A DNA stretch of 64,000 nucleotides from Chthoniobacterales bacterium (lineage in GTDB: Bacteria > Verrucomicrobiota > Verrucomicrobiia > Chthoniobacterales > JACTMZ01), in NCBI GenBank assembly GCA_014879535.1, contig JACSRX010000029.1, positions 17,902 through 81,901 on the forward strand, in the 5' to 3' direction. Every line of letters starts with the position of its first letter. Position 1 is the first letter of the stretch. Shown in pieces: positions 1 through 7,571 of the stretch. The notes under the pieces are model-generated. The model was not told where the DNA came from and did no database searches. It saw only the letters and a program-made list of their open reading frames with translations. A program made the translations under genes and the position numbers.

Positions 1-350
1 ATGCGGGAGGCATGAACAAAGGCAGCAGCGTGCTCCTCGCCGGCGTGCCGGTCGGGCGCGTGGAATCCGTGCGCATGGACCCCTCGGACTACTGCGCCAT
101 AGCCACCCTGCGCCTGCTCAAGGAGGTGCGCCTGCCCACCGACACGATGGCGTCGATCAAGACCAGCGGGCTCATCGGCGACAAATACATCGCCCTTGCC
201 CCCGGTGCGGATGAGACGGAGATCGAAGAGGGGTTCAGGCTCACCCTCACGGAATCCGCGGTTGACCTTGAGTCGCTCATCGGAAAGATGGCATTCGGCA
301 AAGTCGAGGAAGCCCAGCCGACAGAAACATCCACCGAGCCCGCACCATGA
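1..350 (+). CDS. mlaD: MlaD-like MCE-domain protein, C-terminal part (5' end outside window)
   Basis: The frame of ORF 12..350 stays open to the window edge. VPVGRVESV...SIKTSGLIGDKYIALAPG matches the MCE-domain core. The stop overlaps the next start (ATGA at 347-350), and mlaC and mlaA homologues follow. Confidence 0.8.
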   Translation, partial: AGGMNKGSSVLLAGVPVGRVESVRMDPSDYCAIATLRLLKEVRLPTDTMASIKTSGLIGDKYIALAPGADETEIEEGFRLTLTESAVDLESLIGKMAFGKVEEAQPTETSTEPAP

Positions 351-937
351 TGACAAATCCACGCATCCTGATCCTCCTCCCCATGGCTGTCCTGCTTCTC
401 GCCAGAGCAGCCCAAGCATCCACCGCAGAGGCGGAACAGTGCCTGCAGGGGGCCGTCAACGAGGCTCTCTCCGTCGCAAAAGCCGCACCCGACAACCGCG
501 TCATGACCGTCAAGCTCCGGCCGGTCCTGCAGAAGCACATCAACTTCGAGACGATGACCCGGCGCGCCGTCGGTCCCGGATGGCGCCAGTTCTCGCCCGC
601 GCAACGGACCAAAGCCACCGACCTCTTCACCACGCTTGTCATCCGCTCCTATTGCGAGAAGCTCACCCCCGGGGAGTATCCGGTCATCAAGTTCAAGACG
701 GCGAAAGCACCCGAGTCCGGGCGTTGTGAAATCCCGACCACGCTCACCTACCAGGGGAGCAACTACGATGTCACCTACCGCTTGGAGGGGGCGGACAATT
801 GGCGCGTCTCCGACATCATCATCGAAGGCGTGAGCTTGGTGGCGAACTACCGGACCCAGTTCGACGCGGTTTTCAAGAAGGGCGGCGCGGAAGCGGTCAT
901 CGACTCCCTCACCCAGACGGTGGGCAGCCCGCGATGA
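347..937 (+). CDS. mlaC: MlaC/Ttg2D-family periplasmic phospholipid-binding protein
   Basis: 196 aa with a signal peptide (ILILLPMAVLLLARAAQA). INFETMTRRAVGPGWRQFSPAQR ... WRVSDIIIEGVSLVANYRTQF follows the Ttg2D/MlaC pattern. Confidence 0.85.
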   Translation: MMTNPRILILLPMAVLLLARAAQASTAEAEQCLQGAVNEALSVAKAAPDNRVMTVKLRPVLQKHINFETMTRRAVGPGWRQFSPAQRTKATDLFTTLVIRSYCEKLTPGEYPVIKFKTAKAPESGRCEIPTTLTYQGSNYDVTYRLEGADNWRVSDIIIEGVSLVANYRTQFDAVFKKGGAEAVIDSLTQTVGSPR

Positions 938-1785
938 GGCGTCCAGCGGCGGTTCTGCAGGGAGGCGGCATGCGCTGCTGGCTCATGCCATTGCTGGCGA
1001 TCGCCTGCCTTGCCACCCTCCCCGCCTGTGCGAGCCCCCGCAGGAAGACGCCCGAACCAATCGCATCACCCGTCGGCAGCGGCAAAGGCGTGTTGCCGTC
1101 CGCGACAGCCCCGGCAGCCACGACCGGGGATGCCCAAGAGGATGATCTGGATGAATATGATGTGGTCGAAATCGCCGATCCTCTCGAGCCGGTCAACCGC
1201 GCCATCTTCTCCTTCAACCACGTCCTCTACAAGGGCGTCCTGCGGCCTGCATCCAAGGGCTACGAATTCCTCGTCCCTTCGCTGGTTCGCAAGGGCATCC
1301 ACAACGCCTACGAAAATGTCCGTTTTCCCGTCCGCTTCGTGAACCACGCCCTTCAGGGCAAATTCGACCGTGCCGGCCGCGAGTTCGAAAAATTCCTCGT
1401 CAATTCGGTCCTCGGTGTCGGCGGCCTGATGAAGCCCTCGGACAAATTCCCCGCTCTGGCCGGTGTGCCTGCGGCCAGCACAGGACAGACTTTCTCGAAG
1501 TGGGGCATCGACCACGGGTTCTATTTTGTCATTCCCGTGCTCGGTCCCAGCAGCGTGCGCGACACCGCCGGTCTCGTCGGCGATGGAGCGCTGAACCCGG
1601 TGAGCTGGGTCGCCTTTGCATTCGGCGGATCTGCTTGGACTCTGGCCGTCACATCGCCGGACACCGTCCGGTCATGGCCCGACCAGATGGATCAATACGA
1701 CACCGTGACCAAGGAGGCCGTGGACCGCTACCTCGCCGCCCGCAGCAGCTACGTCCAATATCGCAAGGCGCTCAAGGAGCGGTGA
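934..1785 (+). CDS. mlaA: MlaA/VacJ-family lipoprotein
   Basis: Start chosen at ATG 934 (ATGA overlap with the mlaC stop); the track start at 799 would lie inside mlaC. Lipobox LPAC. DPLEPVNRAIFSFNHVLY...VRFPVRFVNHALQGK...LVNSVLGVGGL is the VacJ core. Confidence 0.85.
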   Translation: MRRPAAVLQGGGMRCWLMPLLAIACLATLPACASPRRKTPEPIASPVGSGKGVLPSATAPAATTGDAQEDDLDEYDVVEIADPLEPVNRAIFSFNHVLYKGVLRPASKGYEFLVPSLVRKGIHNAYENVRFPVRFVNHALQGKFDRAGREFEKFLVNSVLGVGGLMKPSDKFPALAGVPAASTGQTFSKWGIDHGFYFVIPVLGPSSVRDTAGLVGDGALNPVSWVAFAFGGSAWTLAVTSPDTVRSWPDQMDQYDTVTKEAVDRYLAARSSYVQYRKALKER

Positions 1786-1802
1786 ATGGGCCCTGTGGGA
1801 AT

Positions 1803-2351
1803 TCAGGGCCTGATCCGCGTGATCTTCGATCCGGTCAACCCCAGACCCGCCATGAAGCCGCGCTGGTTGAAACTGAAGGCGTAGATGTCCTTCGACAGCG
1901 TTGTCGTTGAGTAGTCCTTGGCGAATCCCTCATCAACCACCACGACACTGGGGCCGACCCCGAGCTCGAATCCCTCCGAGCGGTGCAGGTAGTCGAGCGC
2001 CTCCCGGTTCATGAAGAAAAGGGCGTATCCATAATCCTGGACGCCGGCCTGCAACCCATAGGACACGGAAGTTGTGTTGTAGTAGCCTGCAACCTCGCCA
2101 CCCTCGAAGAGGACGCCGTTTCCGGTCTGGCCTCCGTAGATGAACCCGCCCTTGATCACGCTCGGAAAGACCAGAACCGCGACGGCCTGCTCATCGAGGC
2201 GCCTGGCGCTGCGGTTCTGCTCGACGAGATCGTCCAAGGCCCCGCGTGCACCATCACGCAGGACGCTTGGATCGGTGCTGACGGACTTGAACACGGTTGA
2301 ACACCCGGCGAGAAGGCAGGCAACGACGAGGAAAGTGGCGGGACGGAGCAT
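1803..2351 (-). CDS. SYLF (Ysc84-like/DUF500) domain lipoprotein
   Basis: 182 aa with lipoprotein signal LLAGCS. GGFIYGGQTGNGVLF...SVSYGLQAGVQDYGYALFFMN...FELGVGPSVVV...FMAGLGLTGSKI resembles the SYLF lipid-binding domain. Confidence 0.7.
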   Translation of the reverse strand: MLRPATFLVVACLLAGCSTVFKSVSTDPSVLRDGARGALDDLVEQNRSARRLDEQAVAVLVFPSVIKGGFIYGGQTGNGVLFEGGEVAGYYNTTSVSYGLQAGVQDYGYALFFMNREALDYLHRSEGFELGVGPSVVVVDEGFAKDYSTTTLSKDIYAFSFNQRGFMAGLGLTGSKITRIRP

Positions 2352-2485
2352 GGGTTGAAGGGGTGTGTTTATGGACCATCAACGGCTCCCCCGCTATCCA
2401 TTTTGTGCAAAGCAGAAAGGTTTTGACTCCGCGTGGAGATCAGTCGAAAGAAGTGCCGCCGCGCCACCATCGCCGCACAATCTCC

Positions 2486-3910
2486 ATGAGTTTTCGCCCC
2501 CTGTTTCCGTCCCGTCTCCCGGGCCTCTTGTTTCAATCCGCGGCAGGAGGCGCTTGCGCCTCGGTGCTCCTGCTCGCTGGCTGCGTGAATCCCATCAATC
2601 CTCTCGGGAAATTCGATCCCACGCCGAAGGTTTCCTCCGTCCCCCCCCCAAAGCCGGCCGAGAGATTTGCATGGGGGATCTCAACGGCGAGCTACCAATA
2701 CGAAGATCCTGCGGTGAAACCGGGAAACCCCGACTTCTTCTCCACGGACTGGGATGTGCTCGTCGCCCGGAAGAAGGCGCCCCCTCGCGGCAATGCGCTT
2801 TATAGCTGGACCCGGTTCGAGAAGGATCTCGAGGCGCTCGCCAAGATACGGCCCACGCACTACCGGTTCAGCATCGAGTGGGCCCGGGTCGAGCCGCAGC
2901 CTGGTGTCTACAACGAAGCCGCCATCCGGGGTTATGTCGCCATGGCGCGACGCCTCAAGGCACTCGGCATCGAACCTGTCGTCTGCCTCTGGCATTTCAC
3001 ATTCCCGGGCTGGCTCTACGACAAGGAGAATCCGGGCCGGTCGAACTGGATGCATCCCCTCGTGCGGGAACGCTGGAAGGCTTATGTGGACAAAATGGTC
3101 CGGGCCATGGGCCCCGAGGTGAAGCTTTACGCGCCGCAGAACGAGCCCAACGGCCAGATCACCACCGCCTACATCGTCGCCCAATGGCCTCCGGCCATGA
3201 CGCTCGCCATCGGCCATTACTGGGAGGCGATCGATGCAAGCACGGGCATGTTCCGCGATGCGGCGGCGATCGTGAGGCGGCTCAATCCCAAGGCCAAGAT
3301 CGTCAGCGTCGAGGCCCTCCCATGGTGGCAGCGTGCGCCGCTCGACCCCGGCGGGCTCATCTACAATACGATGATCCACGGCAACACCGACCACCTCGAC
3401 AGGATTTACGACGTCTGCGACATCCTCGGAATCAACTACTACTATTCGCAGGCGCCCGGCCCGATCTCCCTGCTGGCGGGACCTTCGATGCGCGGAAAGA
3501 AATTCAGCATGATGGGGTGGCGGATCGATCCCAAGGGCCTGACCAAGGAAATCCTCCGGGTGGCCACGCGCTATGGAAAGCCCATGATGATCACCGAAAA
3601 CGGCATCGCCACATCAAATGACGCCAAGCGCGAGTGGTATATGCGCAACCATATTGCGGCGGTGGGGGACGCCATCCGCCAAGGAGCCGACGTGCGCGGC
3701 TACTTCGCCTGGTCTTTGGCAGACAATTACGAGTGGCATTACGGCTTCAAGGCGACATTCGGCCTTGCCACCATGGATCCCGCGACCAAGACCCGCGTGT
3801 TGAAGCCATCCGCCCGCAAGTTTTCGGAAATCATCCGTTCTCATCCGACGGTCGCTTCCGTGATGCAGATCACGCCGCAGAAGTCGTTCGCGCCCGACGC
3901 GCGCCATTGA
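2486..3910 (+). CDS. Glycoside hydrolase family 1 (beta-glucosidase-like) lipoprotein
   Basis: The internal ATG at 2486 gives a lipoprotein signal (LLLAGC). GH1 motifs are present: FAWGISTASYQYED, YAPQNEPNG (acid/base NEP) and MITENGIA (nucleophile ENG). Confidence 0.85.
   Translation: MSFRPLFPSRLPGLLFQSAAGGACASVLLLAGCVNPINPLGKFDPTPKVSSVPPPKPAERFAWGISTASYQYEDPAVKPGNPDFFSTDWDVLVARKKAPPRGNALYSWTRFEKDLEALAKIRPTHYRFSIEWARVEPQPGVYNEAAIRGYVAMARRLKALGIEPVVCLWHFTFPGWLYDKENPGRSNWMHPLVRERWKAYVDKMVRAMGPEVKLYAPQNEPNGQITTAYIVAQWPPAMTLAIGHYWEAIDASTGMFRDAAAIVRRLNPKAKIVSVEALPWWQRAPLDPGGLIYNTMIHGNTDHLDRIYDVCDILGINYYYSQAPGPISLLAGPSMRGKKFSMMGWRIDPKGLTKEILRVATRYGKPMMITENGIATSNDAKREWYMRNHIAAVGDAIRQGADVRGYFAWSLADNYEWHYGFKATFGLATMDPATKTRVLKPSARKFSEIIRSHPTVASVMQITPQKSFAPDARH
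2641..2649 (+). repeat. C9 homopolymer tract in the 5' part of the GH1 lipoprotein gene
   Basis: gtCCCCCCCCCaaag encodes VPPPK. It is tied for the longest homopolymer I found in the window. Confidence 0.95.
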
Positions 3911-3912
3911 GA

Positions 3913-4530
3913 ATGCCCCGCCAGCGAGTCCACTGCCACCACTGCGCGACGACAGTCTCCGTTCCGCCGCTGCAGCCCGGTGAATCGGTCCGCTGCGGGG
4001 TTTGCCGCTCCATCGTCCACCGCCGGGGGCGCACCGATTCCTTCCAGTCGGCCTGCGCCCTGGCCGTTGCCGGGCTCGTGTTCCTCCTTCTCGCCAACGT
4101 CTACCCCATCATGCTTTTCGGCGTCGCCGGCAACACCCAGACCAACGACATCGTCACCGGCATCCTGGTGCTTCGCGCCCAGGGGTATTGGCCGATTGCC
4201 GTCCTTGTCTTGTTCTGCGCCATCATCGCGCCGGCCCTTTATTTCGGAGGTGTGGCTTACGTCGCGGCTTCCTGCGGCATGTCCCGGCCGCTGCCATGTT
4301 CGGTGCGTGTGCTCGGGGTTGTCCGCCGGGTCGAGTCATGGAGCCTTGTGCCGGTCTTTGCCGCCGCCTGCTTTGTCGCGGTGGTCAAACTCGACCTGAT
4401 CGGCTACGTGGATTGGCAGGTTGGCATCTTCTGGATTCTGTGCCTCTCGCTTTGCTCGCTCGGCTTGGGATCCTTGTTTGATCCGGCGGCTGCGGCCCGC
4501 ATGCTGCATCTCAGGGAGGGGCGGTCATGA
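3913..4530 (+). CDS. PqiA/LetA-family membrane protein, equivalent to the N-terminal half
   Basis: Start at ATG 3913, just after the GH1 stop. Zinc-ribbon-like CHHC...CGVC, then a PqiA-type TM core (LLANVYPIMLFGVAGNTQTNDIVTGILVL). Stop overlaps the next start (ATGA at 4527-4530). Confidence 0.75.
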   Translation: MPRQRVHCHHCATTVSVPPLQPGESVRCGVCRSIVHRRGRTDSFQSACALAVAGLVFLLLANVYPIMLFGVAGNTQTNDIVTGILVLRAQGYWPIAVLVLFCAIIAPALYFGGVAYVAASCGMSRPLPCSVRVLGVVRRVESWSLVPVFAAACFVAVVKLDLIGYVDWQVGIFWILCLSLCSLGLGSLFDPAAAARMLHLREGRS

Positions 4531-5021
4531 CGGATCGCCAGCGGATGGAGTGGACCAAAGCGCTTGTTGTGGCGGGACTGATTTTCTACGTGCCTGCGAA
4601 TTTCCTGCCCGTGATGACAATCACCATAACCGGCGACGTCGAACCGCTCACGATCATGGGGGGAGTCCATGAACTCGCCGACTCCGGACTGGTGCCCGTC
4701 GCGCTGCTCGTCTTTTTCGCGAGCATTGTGATTCCGTTTCTCAAACTTGCGGTGATGTGCTGGTTGCTCATGCTCCACGGTTCGGACAAAGCCCGCCATG
4801 GCCGGGCCAAGGCCTTCCGCATCCTCCACCAGATCGGAACATGGTCGATGATCGACATTTTTCTCCTGTCCGTCCTTGCCGCCGTGGGACAACTCGGCAT
4901 CCTCGCCAGCGTGCGGGCCGAGCCGGGGGTCCTGTTCTTCGCCGCGGTGCTGCTCTGCACACTCTTCGCCGCCGAGCTCTACCAACCGCGCATGATCTGG
5001 AGACCCCAACCCGTCCGATGA
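4527..5021 (+). CDS. PqiA/LetA-family membrane protein, equivalent to the C-terminal half
   Basis: 164 aa. FYVPANFLPVMTITITGDVEPLTIMGGVHELADSG...FFASIVIPFLKL is the PqiA repeat core, with no CxxC motif. Stop overlaps the next start (ATGA at 5018-5021). Confidence 0.7.
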   Translation: MTDRQRMEWTKALVVAGLIFYVPANFLPVMTITITGDVEPLTIMGGVHELADSGLVPVALLVFFASIVIPFLKLAVMCWLLMLHGSDKARHGRAKAFRILHQIGTWSMIDIFLLSVLAAVGQLGILASVRAEPGVLFFAAVLLCTLFAAELYQPRMIWRPQPVR

Positions 5022-7285
5022 GTGCGGCGTCCCACCCGCCCGAGGAAGTCGAAGGCGAAATCCTCCCCGCGAAGTCCGGACGCATTTCGTGGGCGTGGTT
5101 GTTTCCGTTGCTTGCGCTCACCGCCACGATCTGGCTGTTCTGGAACAATTGGCGCACCCAAGGTCCCGAGATCACCATCCAGTTCGCCGAAGCCCCCGGC
5201 ATCCAGCCGGGCAAGACCGCCCTCATCTACCGTGGTGTCCAGGCGGGAAACGTGACGGATGTCCGCCTCGACACCGATCTCGACATGGTCGTCGTCAAGG
5301 TCCGTCTCAAGGCCTTTGCTTCGGAATTGGCCCGGGAAGGGACGGACTTCTGGGTCGAGCAGCCGATCATTTCGCTGCGCGAGATCGCCGGCCTCGAGTC
5401 GATCATCCAAGGCAACACCATCCATGCCCGAATCGGCCATGCCGGGGCGCCGCGGACGGATTTCACCGGATTGGCAACCGCTCCGCTCAGCCCCATGGAC
5501 GCTCCCGCCCTTGTTCTTTCGCTGAAGGCGGACTCCATACCCTTTCTGGGGCGCGGCACACCCGTCTACCACCGGGGAGTTCGGGTCGGTTGGGTTCGCG
5601 ACAAGCTTTTGGATGAAGCGGGTCGCGCCACCGCACAGGTGGTCGTCGAGCAGTCCTACGCGGACCGCGTGAAATCCAACTCCCGCTTCTGGGCTCTCCC
5701 GGCAACCGAAGTTGCTGCGAGCCCCGGACAATTATCCCTCAGCATCCCCGCAATCGAGGCGCTTCTCTACGGCGGTATTGAATTTGCCGAATTCAGCCCC
5801 GGCGGCTCGGAGGCGGCCAGTGGCACCGAATTCGAGCTCTTCCCGAACTTGGCCTCCGCACGGGCGGAAGGGGAGCCCCTGGAGATCACCTTTCCGGAAG
5901 CCGAGGGCTTGCGGGAGGGGCAAACCCGGGTCTGCTACCTCGGGCAGCCGATCGGTTTGCTGGACCATGTCGAGGTCGATCCCGGCTCCGGTGAGGCCGT
6001 CGCACGCGTCCGGCTCGAAGCGCCGTTCGCTTCGCGGGCGACGGCATCCTCGGTGTTCACCGTCGTGCGCCCCAGCATCTCGGCCCAGGGCATCACCGGT
6101 TTGGAAACCATCGTGACCGGACCTTACATCGATTTCGCGCCGGGCGGGGGCAATGCTCCCGCCACACGCTTCGCCGGGCGCGTTCTGCGCCAGATCGATT
6201 GGAATCTCGCCGACGAACAGCCCGGTTCGGTGCGTTTCACCCTCCGCGGCGGCTCGACTCCGTCGCTCGAGCCCGGCGCGCCGGTTTATCACGGCGGCAT
6301 CGTCGCCGGACGTGTGGTCGAGAAACGCCTGGACCCGAAGGGACTGGCGGAAATCGTGATTTCGATGCCCGCAGGGAACGCCGGTGCCGTCAAGGCCAAC
6401 TCGCGCTTTTGGTATGTCCCCGCCGCCTCGGTTGCCGCCGGTCCGGGGGTGCTCGACGTGCGCTTCGAGGGGATCGCGGCACTCTGGCAGGGTGGAATCG
6501 GCTTCGACATCTTCGGAACACCCGCCGAAACCGCGTTGCCTGGAAGCACCTTCGACCTGCACGCCTCGCGCCGCCTTGCCGCCGCCGTCTCGCCTCCGGT
6601 TCGCATCGAGGTGTTCAACGCCCAGGGAATTCTTCCCGGGCAGACCGAACTCCGCTATCTCGGCGTTCCTGCCGGAGTCGTGACAGGCATCCAGTCCTCG
6701 AAGGACAAGATCGAGGCGGTCGTCCGGTTTTTCGAGGGCTTCGATTTCCTCCGCCGCAAGGGGTCGCAGTTCGCCATCGTCCGACCCGAGATCTCCCTCC
6801 AAGGGGTGCACGGCTTGGAAGCCCTCGTCAGCGGCGTCTATTTCGTCTGTGTCGCCGGAAGCGGCGATGGCTATGCCGGGAATTTCACCGTCACCACCAC
6901 CACCACGCCCGAGTTGCTCGAGGACACGGGATTTGAAATCTACCTTCGGAGCGCAGCGACGCCCATCGGTGTCGGGGCGCCCGTTCTCTACAACGAAACC
7001 CCCGTGGGAGAAATCACCCAGAAGAACCTTTCCCCGGATGGACGGCAGATCCGCCTGACCGCCCGCATCAATGAGTCCCACCGCGACCTCGTCCGCAAGA
7101 ACTCGGTCTTCTGGAACGCCAGCTCGGTGGAAGCCCGTGTCGGCTTCCTCAAAATCCAGATCAAGGCGCCTTCCGTGGTCGCCCCTTCCGGACGTGTCTC
7201 CTTCTACACGCCCGACACCGGCGGGACCGCGGTCAAGGAGGGCAGCGAATTCGACCTCCAGGACAGGCGTCCGAGGAGATTCTGA
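5018..7285 (+). CDS. Multi-MCE protein with six tandem MCE domains (PqiB/LetB-like)
   Basis: Start at ATG 5018 with an N-terminal TM (WAWLFPLLALTATIWLFW). I count six MCE-type segments. Each begins like ITIQFAEAPGIQPGKTALIYRGVQAGNV, LSLKADSIPFLGRGTPVYHRGVRVGWV, ITFPEAEGLREGQTRVCYLGQPIGLL, FTLRGGSTPSLEPGAPVYHGGIVAGRV, IEVFNAQGILPGQTELRYLGVPAGVV or IYLRSAATPIGVGAPVLYNETPVGEI. Confidence 0.8.
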   Translation: MSAASHPPEEVEGEILPAKSGRISWAWLFPLLALTATIWLFWNNWRTQGPEITIQFAEAPGIQPGKTALIYRGVQAGNVTDVRLDTDLDMVVVKVRLKAFASELAREGTDFWVEQPIISLREIAGLESIIQGNTIHARIGHAGAPRTDFTGLATAPLSPMDAPALVLSLKADSIPFLGRGTPVYHRGVRVGWVRDKLLDEAGRATAQVVVEQSYADRVKSNSRFWALPATEVAASPGQLSLSIPAIEALLYGGIEFAEFSPGGSEAASGTEFELFPNLASARAEGEPLEITFPEAEGLREGQTRVCYLGQPIGLLDHVEVDPGSGEAVARVRLEAPFASRATASSVFTVVRPSISAQGITGLETIVTGPYIDFAPGGGNAPATRFAGRVLRQIDWNLADEQPGSVRFTLRGGSTPSLEPGAPVYHGGIVAGRVVEKRLDPKGLAEIVISMPAGNAGAVKANSRFWYVPAASVAAGPGVLDVRFEGIAALWQGGIGFDIFGTPAETALPGSTFDLHASRRLAAAVSPPVRIEVFNAQGILPGQTELRYLGVPAGVVTGIQSSKDKIEAVVRFFEGFDFLRRKGSQFAIVRPEISLQGVHGLEALVSGVYFVCVAGSGDGYAGNFTVTTTTTPELLEDTGFEIYLRSAATPIGVGAPVLYNETPVGEITQKNLSPDGRQIRLTARINESHRDLVRKNSVFWNASSVEARVGFLKIQIKAPSVVAPSGRVSFYTPDTGGTAVKEGSEFDLQDRRPRRF

Positions 7286-7338
7286 TCTCGGCCCGGACTT
7301 GACATCCCCCCTCGCCCGCATATCTTGGCGGCTTCAAT

Positions 7339-7415
<77 letters not shown>

Positions 7416-7571
7416 CCCCTCCTCGCACGCCCTGTGTCGCGTTGCGTGTTCCCGCCCTCGGGTGGAATTTCCCCGCATCGGAAGGAGATGGGCTCGCATT
7501 TCTGCTGGCGCAGCACGCTGAAGTTCGTTTGTTCAAGAAAAGCCGCCCGTGGATTGCATACGCGGGCAGCC

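Noticed and set aside
6886-6903. (CAC)n trinucleotide run encoding TTTTT in the multi-MCE gene
   Set aside because: Only about 5 units, in-frame, encoding an interdomain Thr linker. It is unlikely to be functionally switchable.
5732-7321. 529-aa ORF on the minus strand, antisense to the multi-MCE gene
   Set aside because: It is a shadow ORF of a GC-rich coding region. The composition is Arg/Gly/Asp/Pro-rich with no domain motifs, while the opposite strand has clear MCE repeats.
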